Positions 63,706 to 64,000 of a stretch of 64,000 nucleotides of DNA are shown piece after piece. Both the position numbers and the translations under genes were made by a program. The stretch comes from Squalus acanthias (lineage: Eukaryota), in the NCBI GenBank assembly GCA_030390025.1, contig CM059438.1, forward strand, positions 74,524,001 to 74,588,000, read 5' to 3'. How positions within the stretch are numbered: position 1 is the stretch's first letter; the number at the start of each line of letters is the position of its first letter. The notes under the pieces were generated by a model that saw only the letters and a list, made by a program, of their open reading frames with translations, was not told the DNA's origin and searched no databases.

Positions 63706-64000
63706 TTTGTGCATGGAACCAAGAGGTGGAATTCTGGATACCGCAGCTTTCAAATAGTATCACTGATAAACAGAGGTAACCGCACAGCATTGGAGAAGAT
63801 TCTCTTAATCCACTCTGTCACTTCACAGCGGAGGTTATTTAAAGCAGTGATATCACCAAGACCTTTCAGTTCCCCAAAACAGTTTCAATTTTCCCTACCT
63901 CCAAACTTTGCATGTAAAAAGAAGGAACTTGCATTTATGCAGCCCATTATCGCATTCCGAGGACAACCCAATATGAAGGGCAAATCACTTATGCAGGCAA

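Noticed and set aside
48420-64000. NIBAN2 exon 1 (expected MGxxxS.. ending in phase 1)
   Set aside because: No convincing match found by eye; the ATG..AG|GTAATC candidate near 62925-62996 is phase 2 and lacks similarity. Probably beyond the window, though a short exon could be missed

Overview
Eukaryotic, intron-dominated window, very likely from a cartilaginous fish (inferred from the repeat complement: CR1/HER1-type LINEs, SacSINE1-type DeuSINEs, RTE, L2 and Penelope-like elements). It holds four coding exons, on the minus strand, of NIBAN2 (FAM129B): 48419-48289, 27846-27718, 18152-18047 and 11008-10841. They splice in frame into the N-terminal/PH-domain region. I did not find exon 1 or exon 6 onward in the window. 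Intron 2 needs a non-canonical GC donor. The rest is intron filled with truncated retroelements and non-autonomous DNA elements. The most striking non-genic signal is two families of short Penelope-derived insertions carrying minimal hammerhead-ribozyme motifs. Several have 11-13 bp target-site duplications, one has a perfect 48-bp inverted repeat, stem I covaries between copies, and some copies lie sense to the NIBAN2 pre-mRNA. Also present are three PIF/Harbinger-like MITEs with 3-bp TSD-type flanks, a probable fossil Harbinger transposase and several local duplications. Most short ORFs in the supplied track are spurious or TE fragments. Family names come from recalled motifs, not database searches, and repeat boundaries are approximate unless a TSD is given.
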